Shown here in pieces: positions 15,099 to 27,250 of a DNA stretch of 64,000 bases. A program made the translations under genes and the position numbers. The stretch comes from Chrysomallon squamiferum (taxonomy: Eukaryota > Animalia > Mollusca). Position 1 is the first letter of the stretch; each line of letters begins with the position of its first letter. The notes beneath the pieces were generated by a model. That model searched no databases and was not told where the DNA came from. It was given only the letters and a program-made list of their open reading frames with translations. Location: contig CM022677.1 of the NCBI GenBank assembly GCA_012295275.1, positions 4,898,001 to 4,962,000 of the forward strand, in the 5' to 3' direction.

Positions 15099-15300
15099 TA
15101 CAGTGGTACCTTGACTTACGAGTTTAATTTGTTCCATGGCCCAGCTCGTAACTCAATTTGCTCGTATATCAAATTAATTTTCCCAGCTGAAATTAATTGA
15201 AATATCATTAATCCGTTCCAGCCCATCCAAAACCACCCATTTTTTTTGTAACGTGTTTTTAAATAAGCAAAAAGTATGTATAAAGTTAATAGTTCCCTTA
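15099..15300 (+). mobile_element. pogo/Tigger-like (Tc1/mariner superfamily) transposon terminal fragment
   Basis: TA followed by cagtggtaccttgacttacgagtttaatttgttcc...ctcgtaactcaa...attaatccgttccag, typical of Tigger/pogo TIR and subterminal sequence. No second TIR is seen. Confidence 0.6.
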
Positions 15301-15306
15301 AGAAGA

Positions 15307-15361
<55 letters not shown>

Positions 15362-15885
15362 TAATTAATTAATAGAAACAAAAAATTCTGTAAAACAATA
15401 GATAGTTCATTTATACAGATACAAAATTATTCATGGTATGTATGTAATATGTATATTGCAATCGGACATTTTATTCAGATCATTTTGTACAGAAATTAAT
15501 TATTAATCTAATTAGTAAGTTAAAAGCCTTGTTTAACTTGTGGTACATATAAAAATAATGTGTTATGCAATAAAACAGCTGACGAAATCCCCACGAACGT
15601 GTCAACTGCGCATGTGCGAAAAAGTTTCATGGCGATACTGGAGCGCAAATAACTGCATCGATCGAAGGTAGGATGAAAAACTACTTTTTGAGCTGAAATC
15701 TCGCTGATGATTTTCCAAAACATGTTCAGTTTTAACTTTTGTATCCATGGTAAATCAACGAATGTCTCTTTTGGGGTCTTTTAATAGATGAATTAATAAA
15801 AAACTGGCGAGGAAAATTTCAGTAAACAAAATTAGTCACCAACAACTTTAAAAGTGCTAATTATAATTATTATATTAATATAGTT

Positions 15886-15935
<50 letters not shown>

Positions 15936-16158
15936 AAGTTATTTCAGATTTTACAGTTTGAGATGGATAAATAATAAAAGTGTCTTCGAAATAATATTTT
16001 AACCTTAAACCTGTTAACGTACACTATTTATTTTCGACATACATTTAATAAAGGATAATAAATTATAATACATTTTTGTTACCATGTCCCATGCTTTGAG
16101 CTTTTGTTATAATGAACGTTTGTTAATGTATTTTTGATGTTAAATTATTTCAGTTAAA

Positions 16159-16188
16159 ATGGAATCAACAGAAAGTGTTATAACCTAA
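16159..16188 (+). promoter_or_regulatory. Candidate uORF (MESTESVIT*) in the innexin start exon
   Basis: The exon 16154-16203 (acceptor tatttcag) contains aaaATGG...TAA ending 10 nt before the innexin ATG. Confidence 0.45.
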
Positions 16189-16198
16189 AATAAGAGTC

Positions 16199-16203
16199 AT
16201 GTC
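16199..16203 (+). CDS. Innexin coding exon 1 (ATG TC)
   Basis: ATGTC|gtaagt is a consensus donor; the phase-2 join to ttcag|T GTG AGC at 16946 gives MSVSSILGGF. Confidence 0.8.
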
Positions 16204-16945
16204 GTAAGTATTACATTTTTATTTTTTTCTAAATTTTTATTTTTTATTTTCCATTATTTTAGTCGTCAGAAAATACAAATATTTGGAAAATTAATATAAA
16301 GCGTTTTAGAATAAGTTGAGTAAAATACAAATTAAAGGGAAGCAATCTGACAGGTGGTGAAAAGGAAGTTATATCTAAGTACTGAGGCCCATAAAAGGCT
16401 TTTTTGTTTTGTCTCCACAGTTTTCATTTAACACTCTCTCTTGTTTGTTTTGTCTTCATACACACAGTTTTAACACTCTGTCTTGTTTATTAAAAAACAA
16501 AAATAGCAATGAGGTACAATCACATTCAAACAAGGTTTCAGGACTGTAAAATAGGTTAATGATTTCAGATGTGTGATATGTTAAGTAGTTTGGATTAATT
16601 CTTCATTTTGAAATGTGTTTCTGTAACCAAGAGTCTGGAAGCATTTTCTCATCACTTTAGTATTTCAGGTTTATTCCTGCATCTTTGTCACCTAATAACA
16701 AACCAGAAAACAAATTTTATATACATATAAATGTGTGTATAAATATGTTGTTATAACTTTTGCAAAACCTATTGAGTTGATGTTCTTAACCATTGTTGCT
16801 TGAAATGATACAAGAAATAAATATCAAAAATATTTTATTTAAGAAAAACATCTTAGATTAAGTTAGAAACTCTAGTTGTTAAATTTAAAACATATATCTG
16901 TTTTTATTCTTTTATTTATTTTATTATATATTGAAATTATTTCAG

Positions 16946-18122
16946 TGTGAGCTCTATTCTGGGAGGCTTTGCGACATTCTCCAAGCTCAGCTCAAGTAAG
17001 GATGATGACTGGGTGGACCGGTTCAATCATCTGTACACTGTTGTGTTGCTGGCTCTCTTCTCTGTGTTCATCAGTGGAGGACAGTTTTTTGGCAGTCCCA
17101 TAGACTGCTGGTGTCCAGCTCATTTCACAGCGTCCATGGTCGCGTTTACTAAATCACTCTGCTGGGTGAATGGCACGTACTACGTCCCGATACACGAAGG
17201 AATCCCAGACAAGCACTCTGAGAGAGAGGAGCGACAGCTGCCCTACTACCAGTGGGTGCCTGTCATTCTCTTGTTCATGGCTTTCCTCTTCAAGCTGCCT
17301 GCCGTCATGTGGCGTCTGCTGAATACAAATAGTGGAATCAGTTTGGAGCAGGTTGTGAACATCATCACAGAGCTGCAGCTGAGTTCAGCTGAGAAGAGAG
17401 ACGAGACAACAAAGCGAGTGGTACAGTACATGAGCAGGTGGCTGGAGATAAAGAAAAGCTACCAAAAAAAGAGTTTTCTTCAGCACTTGTCTAAATGTTT
17501 CGTGTTTCTCTGGCAGAAACACGCAGGGAGGTATCTAACTGGACTCTACATGTTCATAAAGCTTCTGTACGTTGCAAATGTCGTGGGCCAGTTTTTCCTT
17601 CTGAATGCTTTTCTTGGAGAATGGTACAGCGTGTATGGTTTAGAAATCGTGTCGGGCTTGATAAATGATCATTCGTGGACTGAATCGAAACGTTTTCCAA
17701 AAATCACCCTCTGTGACTTTGACATTCGCCAGATGACTAATGTAGAGAGACAAACAGTGCAGTGTGTCCTGCCTTACAACCTCTTCAATGAAAACATCTT
17801 CATCTTTCTCTGGTTTTGGCTTTTCCTTGTCTCCGTGGTAACAGTGTGGAATTCACTCGTCTGGTTTCAGCTACTTTTTGTACAGCACAATCGCAGGAAG
17901 TTTGTGAAGAAACATCTGAAGGAGATTGGTGAAATTCACACAGAATATGATGAAATGCTGGCAAAGAAATTTGCTGATCAGTATCTCCATGACGACGGAG
18001 TCTTTGTTCTGAGACTGATTGTGAAAAACACGAGTGAAATTCTCTTTTCTGATGTAATTAAAAGTTTGTGGTTAACTTACAAAAATAAACGCAGTAAAAT
18101 AAAAGCAGAGACATCACTGTGA
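16946..18122 (+). CDS. Innexin (gap-junction/hemichannel protein), main coding exon; 393 aa with exon 1
   Basis: DDDWVDRFNH, G-PIDCWCP, CW, YYQWVP, RFPKITLCDF, QCVLP-NLFNE-IFIFLWFW, DGVFVLRL motifs; four hydrophobic segments; two Cys in each extracellular loop; uninterrupted frame. Confidence 0.97.
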
Positions 18123-18359
18123 AGAGAAATGTGTAAGAACAAACTTAAAACTGGACAGATAGCAATTTGACTTATCAACAAAAAAAACACTGTAGTCTTA
18201 GTTGCTAATATATGTTTGTTAATATATATATATATGGAAATTCTGTCTTCTTCCAATTTCTCAAAAATTGTATTTGCCAAGCAGTGTACACCATTTTTGT
18301 TGATTTGAATATATATATATATATATATATATCTCATCTCCAGATCTGATTGCAAATTG

Positions 18360-19600
18360 TTTAATAACAGGGATTATTTCTCCTTTATTTTATTACATTA
18401 TTAAAAGAAAGGGCTTTTGATTACATTTTATTTCTTTTGTAAAGTTATTGGTGGGTTTTTTTGTTGTTTTTTTGAATTTATTATTTTATTTGCTTGTCTT
18501 TGACAAGTAAATAAAATATATATTTTTTTTAAATATATATTAAATTTTTATGTCATCAGCAAAGTTAATCAAAGAGTAAAATGATCAGTATAAATTAATA
18601 TTATCAAATCATTAAGAATTCTATGAATTCTTTAGTTGATTTTTTTATTTTATTTTTTCTTCGTGTAAGTTTTGAAATATACCAGACAACTATTGTTTTC
18701 ACCTTTTTAATTTCTCTTTTGTTATTTTACATTATCAAAAAGAAACAGCTTTTGATTACATTTTCTTTTCTTTTGTAAAGTAGTTTTTTTTTTTTTTTTT
18801 TGTCTTTCTTTAAAATTTATTATTTTATTTACTTTTCTTTTTACAGTAAAAAAAAAAAAATGATTTCAGATTAAACTTTTCTGGTTTAGAAGATTTGGTA
18901 AATGTGTATATATATATATATTTTTTTTTAAATGTTTTTTATTTCATGAGTAAAGGCAATCACAGTAAGATGATTAGTATAAACATTTATTAATTATTAA
19001 ATCCTTAAGAATTCTGTGAATTATTTTTTTATTTTGAAAAGAAAAAGGTGAGATTATTTTTCTTTTAGGTATGTAATGTTTGTTTCTTTACATACATATT
19101 TTAATATATAAAAAATATTTTTTAATTTTGTTACTGAGTATGAGTTTTTGGATTAAACTTTTGTTTGAAGATTTGGTACAAATTAATATTAATTATCAAA
19201 TCATTAAGAATTCTGTGAATTATTTTTGTTTTTGAAAGTTTTGAAAAGAAAAAGATGAGATTATTTTTCTTTTAGGTATGTAATGTTTGTTTCTTTACAT
19301 ACATATCTTAATATATAAAAAAGTATTTTTTAATTTTGTTACTGAGTATGAGTTTTTGGATTAAACTTTTGTTTGAAGATTTGGTATAAATTAATATTAA
19401 TTATCAAATCATTAAGAATTCTGTGAATTCTTTTCATTTTCTTTCAATTTTTTTATCATGTAATTTTGTTATTAAGTACAAGTTTTTGGATTAAACTTTT
19501 CTCTGAAGATTTGGTATAAATTAATACTAATTATCAAATCATTAAGAATTCTGTGAAGTTTTTGGATTAAACTCTGGTTTCAGATTAAATTATTATTTTT
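18360..19600. repeat. Nested short duplications downstream of the innexin stop (probable 3'UTR)
   Basis: ttatcaaatcattaagaattctgtgaatt-like motif at ~18600, 19000, 19193, 19401, 19531; a ~185-bp near-identical pair at ~19030-19215 and ~19240-19425. Confidence 0.8.
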
Positions 19601-20039
19601 TAAGTATTTAATTTAGATCATTTTTCATTATCATACCATAAGTACTGGATGTACTGGCTTCATCTATTTAAATTTTCCTGTGATTGTACTGAAATATAAT
19701 TACTAAAATGTAATTACTAGAAGACTGCTTTTTATTTTTTTTTTAAATTTGTTATATTTTCTTAATAAAAGTTTTAAAACATTATTTGGTTTTTTAGTGT
19801 AACATGCTGAAGTTTTGTTTAAACTTTGCTCCAGTTGTAAACTAATATTTATTTTATTCTGACATTTTATTTCATCACACACACACACATACATATACGT
19901 ATACCACACATATATCTTATACCATACACACAATCATACACACAAAAACATGCATACATATATACCAGACTTCCACACACACACACACACACTCTCACAC
20001 ATACATACACACAAACATACATTCACACCACAAACATGT

Positions 20040-20580
20040 TAACAATTATGTCTATGGTAAGCGTATCATAGTGGAAACTGACCATGAGCCATTTGAGAGC
20101 ATTTGGAAAAACAGCTTTGCATCTCCCAGATTACAGCGTCTCCTGCTCAGAATGTCAGAGTAAGATTTAAAGGAAATGATACACTGTGCTTGGCCAGAAT
20201 ATAGCAGTGTCTGTCCGCCCGATTGGAATGAATACTGGACTCTGAGAGAAGATTTAAATGTCGAGAAGAGCTTGGCCTTGAAGGGACACACTGTCCAGTA
20301 ATCCCAGACAAACTGCGTCCTTAGATGTTTAAAATCATCCACAACAACATCTTGGGTCTGAGAAATGCCAGCTGACGGCTAAATATTGCTTGTTCTGGCC
20401 TGGTAGCTAGTAAAGAGATGACTGCCTCATGTAAAACATGCAGACAGCTTTCAAAACAGGAGCCAGGGAAACCTTGTTTCCACACAGTGTGCCAAGCTAC
20501 CCTTGACAAATGAGCACAGTATCTAAACACAGCTGATTACTACAGCAAATTCCCAGTGGTCTGAAAACTACTTCACCAGC
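20040..20580 (+). mobile_element. Decayed Ty3/Gypsy LTR retrotransposon pol fragment (RNase H to integrase)
   Basis: NYVYGKRIIVETDHEPFESIWKNSFASPRLQRLLLRMSE* (RNase H TDHKPL / RLQR); EYWTLREDLNVE; IIH..HLG.EKC..A..LFWPG; CKTCRQ (HHCC); DYYSKFP. Contains stops and frameshifts. Confidence 0.88.
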
Positions 20581-21670
20581 TTGTAATCTGTAATGAAAGA
20601 TGTTAATTTTGATTGTAAATAACACATCATGAATCTGAATGTGTTTAAAACATACTGAATATGAAATTTATTATGCATTAGTGATATTTTATGTTATTTA
20701 TTTATTTATTTATTTTTAATATATTAATTTTTTAATGTGAGCAGTTTACAGGAATTGTTTTATTTTATGGATTAATTTGAGTTTGTGTGTGCATGGGGAT
20801 CTTAAGAAACAAATTTACAATGTGGCAAACATTATCTCACATTAATATTTCCAGTGGCTGGTAAAACAGCATAGTTTTTGATAAATGAAGATATTAGCTG
20901 TAACAGGAAACATTCTAAAATATACACTATGAAATATTGAGACAATAAGAGAAAAAACAACAACACAAATATTTTCTCTAATCATTTATTTTTAACAAAA
21001 ACACAAATGAAAATGCATTAAAAATAAAAAAATAATTATTTTCCCATACAAAACTTAACATCTTGATGCAAAAACGAGAACAAATAAAAAATACTGAAAA
21101 TTATTACTGAGCATTCATGTGCGTATTTCACAACCATGTTTAAACAGTTGAAAGATGGACAAAAATATATGTTAATTTAAAATAATAATGACTGAAATGG
21201 AACAAGAAAAGAATATGAAAGAGGAAAAAAATTGTTAAATCAATTTAAATATTTTCATTTAAAAGAGAAAAATAACGTAAATGAAATATTGCTAGAAATT
21301 TACAATAAATTATTTTAGGCTTATTTTATACCAAAAACATTATTTTAACATTATTTTATTAAATGAAACATTAATTAAGTTCTTAAATTACAACTTAATT
21401 AATCTTATGTATTACACATATTTATTATATTTTAAAACATTTTTTTTTTTTTTTGACATAGGAAAAAAAAAAAAAAAGAAAACAGAACAAAACCCCCACC
21501 AAATCAACATGTTCTGTTTAAAACATTGGTATTTGTTACTCAGAATAATTCAGTAACAGAATTAACATTTATATATGAAGACTTTTAATGTTGATTTCAA
21601 AACTGCTGTAACCCAGATATTGCAAACATTTATCATTAAAAAAGAGAACTTTCAAGAAAACAAAAAGTTC

Positions 21671-21706
<36 letters not shown>

Positions 21707-21896
21707 TAAAATTATTAAATATTTAAGTACTGACTGTTAATGACATCTGAATGTAAGTTGTTTACTCATGCAGACACACCCTGCCTCACCAACACATGCA
21801 CATCTAATGCACAGACACACAGAGGTAAATTCAGAGAGTTCACAGAATATGAACAACTCTCTCTCTCTCCCTCCCTCTGTCCCTCCCTTCCCCCAG

Positions 21897-21939
<43 letters not shown>

Positions 21940-23136
21940 ATGGACAAATCTAGGAAATGTTAAATAGTAAGTACATTTTATCACATTCCAGATAAGAAAA
22001 TAAAATACTATTTAAAAAAAATAAAAAGTAAGGAACCAAGAAATGCATATAGTATTGAATATTCACTAGACATAATTAGCTGATATAATGCTGGTCAAAA
22101 GTTTCCAAACAATATGGATGCCATCCATATTTTACTCATGTATTGTCAAAGATACACTTAAAAACATTAAAACAGCTTTATAAAGTAAATTATTCACACA
22201 GCCTAGTATCAACAAATAAAGTAAAATTAATATAGTTTAAAAATGCCATCTTGAACATATAATAGACAACATTTTCAATCAAATTAGAAAACAAACAAAT
22301 GAATTTTAAACAAAGAAAATAAAACATAACCTTTCAAACTACCATTTCTCATCAGATTGAGAATTTTATGGCAAAATTCTGTATTACCAAGAATGTAATT
22401 AAAAACAAACAAAACTAAGGTAAAATAAAAAGTCACATCTTATTAAAATTTAGCATATCTAAACATATTAAATAATAAAAATAGTAATAAAGTAAAACAT
22501 AACAATAATAATAATGACAAAAATGAAAATAATGATGATGATAATAAAAATAAAATAAGAGTTGTAAAAAAATTCAGTGAATGTGACAGTAAGTAAGAAA
22601 AGAAAAACACTACTCAAAACATTTAGTAATAATTATCTTCTTTTTCTAATTATAGAATAAATTTCTTAATTATTATTATATACTGAATTTTTTTTTTTTC
22701 GTTATTTTATATACCTGATTTTTTAATGATTTTTAAAAATATATAAATGTATTTAAATATGATTTCAGGAAAAAGTATTTTGATCACTTTTGAACATGAT
22801 AATTTTGATAGACTCATGAAGTTACATTACTAAGTTTGACTTTGTTCAGGTAGTAGTTTTGAGCTAATAACACATTTTATTTATCCATTGTCAACTCAAA
22901 TGTTAAACATACAGGATATAATTAGTTACATAAACAAATAATAATAATAATAATTAAAAAACAGCAACAGAGCAACATCCACCACAAATAATTATTATCT
23001 ATATTCACACATACATAAATAAAAAATGAAAAAGGAAGCAGATAATAACAAAATAATAAAACATAAATAAAAATAATAATAATAATAACAAATTAATTAT
23101 TTTGACATTTAAAAATGATCTAGAATTAACACATGT

Positions 23137-23514
23137 TTCTGTTGTTTTGTAACTGTTACTATGACAGCTTACACTGTTGTTTTGTAACTGTTGCTATGAC
23201 AGCTCACACTGTTGTTTTGTAACTGTTGCTATGACAGCTCACATCCATGACTGTTGTTGTTTTGTAACTGTTGCTATGACAGCTCACACTGTTGTTTTTT
23301 GTAACTGTTGACAGCTCACACAGCTTTGTAACTGTTGTTGTTTTGTAACTGTTGCTATGACAGCTCACACTGTTGTTTTGTAACTGTTGCTATGACAGCT
23401 CACACTGTTGTTTTGTAACTGTTGCTATGACAGCTCACACTCTGTTGTTTTGTAACTGTTGCTATGACAGCTCACACTCTGTTGTTTTGTAACTGTTGCT
23501 ATGACAGCTCACAC
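23137..23514. repeat. ~34-36-bp tandem repeat, about 10 copies, abutting the Frizzled stop codon
   Basis: Unit ctgttgttttgtaactgttgctatgacagctcaca. Confidence 0.95.
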
Positions 23515-25125
23515 TCGAGTCTGCGGTGTTTGTGGGATAAAAAAGCCATTCCACGTGCGGGCTGTCTTTTCATTCAGCAGCCACAAACTGGATGCAGCAC
23601 CACCTGCGAGAGACATGATGATCTGCAACACGTAGATCTCCACTGCTGGAATAGACCGGTCCAAGGAACAGTCGTAATAACTAACACAAGGTTTGTCCAT
23701 AGCCTGGGCTGTCCACTCGCCGAAGTTAATCATTTCATACCACAGACATCCGATAACACATACAGCAGCAGTAACATATACTGCGGTAAAAATGCCCATC
23801 TTGGTCATCAACACTTCCAATTTTTTAATATATAATCCGTCCTCTTTTAAAATAATTTTAGCGCGAAATAAAGAAACAAATCCTGGCAGAAAGAGTCCAG
23901 TACCGACAACAACGAACAAGATTTGAGGTGTTAAAACGAAGACAGTCTCAGCTGTGATGTCATCAACTGACACTTGACATAGTCCTGTAAGTTCATTGCC
24001 CTCAACTCTTCTCATTGTCACTATGGTGATAGTCATAACTGCAGGAATGATCCAAGAAGCTAGGTGGAAATAACCACTGCAAGACTTTATTGCTTCTTGT
24101 CTCCAATTCTTGTTTGCTGACAAAACCAACACAGTGTCAGGATGACCCACCAGATGGAAGTTGCCATCCTGAAATAGTACAGTAAAATAAACAGTATGTT
24201 ACAGCGCGTGCTCTCGATCCCTGCCTGAATGAGAAACATTCGACCATCCTGTCTGGTACCGCACGATACTCTATCCGCTTCTTTTATTATACTGACCATG
24301 ACAGCCATAGAATACACAGCATAACACATCGCCATAAATATAACTGGTCTTTCGGGGGTATTTGAATCTTGAGTTATCCATAACAAAGGTAAGTACAGTA
24401 AGCGTAGAACAAATACAACATAAGAATGCCCAGCCCACCATACACAGCCGGAAATACACTTTATCTGACTGACTGAAATACACGTCGACGTCACAACGAG
24501 GCGCACACGATTTATTTGCTTGAAGGTGACTTATGTGAACGAACCTGGCTGGACAGATGTCGTTGTGCTTGGTGTCAGACGTCTCAGATGTTGATTTTAT
24601 CAAAGACTCGAAGTCTTTTTTCATCTCTGGATCCATCAGACTAGTGTTCACTTGTTGAGTTATATTGGGCGGCTCTATACACAGAGTGCTAGAGACATTT
24701 CCAGACTCTGGCAGCTTCTCGCACGATAAAGGATCCGGCCAGGAAAAGTGAAATTTGTTGAGAATGGGTTCACACTTTGACTTTACCTCGAGACACAGAG
24801 AACGACAAGGCGAAATGGTAAACGTCACTTCGTCAAATTCAGTACACATCGGAACATACACTGAGCACAGGAAAATCTTCAATAATGGTGAACATCCAAA
24901 CTGAACAAGAGGAAAAAATAGTTGTACCTGATGATCTGCTTCATACAGACTCCTGTCTCCAACCAGATTGGGCATTCGAGTCATGTTGTACCCTACGTCC
25001 GAGCACGTGGATTTCGTAATAGGCTCGCACTTGACATTGTGTTCGAACGTCGTGGAACACACAGCTGACGGCGATGACGACGTCCATAGCACAAAGATTA
25101 AAACGAGCAGAACTGACCCCGGCAT
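23509..25125 (-). pseudogene. fzd9/10: Intronless Frizzled (FZD9/10-like) receptor gene with two compensating frameshifts; pseudogene or assembly-error-broken gene, 538 aa if corrected
   Basis: Signal peptide; 10-Cys CRD (CEPI..C..YNMTRMPNLVG..CS..FLCSVYVPMC..PCRSLC..CEP..WP..C); FKYPERP; SIWWVILT; YFHLASW; MRRVEGNELTGLC; SIPAVEIY; KTARTW; C-terminal TRV. One extra base in G5 at 24354-24358 and one missing base in A4 at 24122-24125. Confidence 0.92.
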
Positions 25126-26270
25126 CTTACCCGCGTCTCATTTTTTTACTTCTTATAATAATCGTATCCGTACAAACAAACTGATTCGAACGTTTCAGAC
25201 TAATGTAAACAATTATGTATTCATCCGCCGTATGTATTCTAATAATTATTCCCTTCAGAAAAAATTTTTTCTTCCTAAAAAAAAAAAAAAAAATCTTTCC
25301 TAACACACAACACACATATGCACACACACACACACACACACATATAAAAGAATATTAGAAATGTTCACATCTTTGTCCGTTCTTGGTGCGGAGATATTTC
25401 TGGTGAAACGTTAACAGGTTTGTATTATAATTTTCTCTGTGATTTATTAATTTAAAAAAAAAACTCTAATTTAAAAAAAAAAAATTACATATTTATTTAA
25501 TATTTTCGATTATCATTTTCAATTAGGTATAATATTTGAGTGTTAATGTTCTTCAATGTGTTTTGCAGCGGCTTTTTTTTTTTAATAAACTAATTTTGTT
25601 GATGTTTTTGTTTTCATTATTAGAGGTTTGATGTCTGGCTTTTGCTTATATATGTATAAACAGCTGAGTGTAAATACAATAATTATTATATAAAACTTAA
25701 TATATAAATGAAATGAGTAATGATATTAAAAATACAAAATTTAATAAAATACATAAACAACAACAACAACAACAACAAGTAGTAGTATCATCATAAAAAA
25801 AATACCAGACAACAACAACAAAAAAAATAAAAAAAAAAAATAATATAATGCAATTAATTTTCTTTTTAGTTTTAATTATGGGTATTATTTTTATTTTTAG
25901 ATAGAAAATGACTTTATGTTCATAAATAAGGAAATTACAGATTGAAATACACTGGTAACAAATACTGATAATAAATATTAACTACTGCAGCTACCACATC
26001 CAATGCTGCTGCTGCTGCTGTTTCTGTGATTATAACTTACTACTTCTGATACATCTACTACTACAACTACTAGTATTACTGTTGCTACTAGTATTACTAC
26101 CATTGCTACTACTACTATTATTGCTACTGCTACTATTTTAATTACTACAACTACTACTACTTTAACTGCTACTACTATATACTATGACATTATATTAGTA
26201 TTGCTGCTACTACTATTAATGCATCTGCTTCTGTTATTTTTTTAAAGGCATAGATTGCTGTTTTTACACT

Positions 26271-26519
26271 AATTTCTATCACTTTTCTTATGTTACAACT
26301 ACTCATACTTGTTAACTGCTATCACAAGGTAATTTCTATCACTTTTCTTGTGTTACAACTGCTGATACTTGTTAACTGCTATCACAAGGTAATTTCTATC
26401 ACTTTTCTTATATTACAACTGCTGATACTTGTTAACTGCTTTATCACAAGGTAATTTCTATCACTTTTCTTGTTACAACTGCTCATACTTGTTAACTGCT
26501 ATCACAAGGTAATTTCTAC
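26271..26519. repeat. 60-bp tandem repeat x4
   Basis: aatttctatcacttttcttatgttacaactgctcatacttgttaactgctatcacaaggt units. Confidence 0.95.
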
Positions 26520-27022
26520 TATGTGTTACTGACATTTAGTATTGCGAGTCATCTTAATTTAGTTTTATCATTATTATTATTATATTTTAATTTTATTTAA
26601 TGTAGTTAAAATTATTCCATTATTTGTTTGTTTGTTTATTTTTTTTATTTTTTTTTTTATTTTTTTTTTTTTCAGTCATTTAAACTCAGAAGTCAAACTG
26701 TTGGGTTGATGGCAAAATAAAAAATTCAGTTTGTTCAACTATTTTGGCAGCCAAAACAAGAGACAGGAAGATGTTTGTCAGCTGAACAAGTCTGTCACCT
26801 TCTGTGACAAATGCAGACCAAAATTCCATGAATCAAGCAGCCAAAGTGTAAAAAACTGAAAGGTCTGATTTTGAAATAATAATATTTCTTAATGTGCACG
26901 CTTAACACATGTTTATGGAGGCTACTGTAATATTGCATTTGTTTCAGATGACAGGAACAATTCTCATTTTTATTTAATCAGTTAGTTTAATCAGTGTCCA
27001 CTCCTGATAACTGTTTATACCA

Positions 27023-27250
27023 CACTTCACTGATACATACACACAACAGTTCACATTCAGATAGTACTTCAGTATTTTCACTTCACTGATACATACACAC
27101 AACAGTTCACATTCAGATAGTACTTCAGTATTTTCACTTCACTGATACATACACACAACAGTTCACATTCAGATAGTACTTCAGTATTTTCACTTCACTG
27201 ATACATACACACAACAGTTCACATTCAGATAGTACTTCAGTATTTTCACC
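27023..27250. repeat. 56-bp tandem repeat x4
   Basis: cacttcactgatacatacacacaacagttcacattcagatagtacttcagtatttt, identical copies. Confidence 0.97.

Noticed and set aside
24122-24358. Programmed ribosomal frameshifting or RNA editing of Frizzled
   Set aside because: No slippery heptamer or stimulatory structure seen; two opposite homopolymer indels are better explained by sequencing error or mutation.
23464-25303. Plus-strand ORFs overlapping Frizzled (and the minus-strand ORF in innexin)
   Set aside because: Antisense shadows of real coding sequence with no independent motifs.
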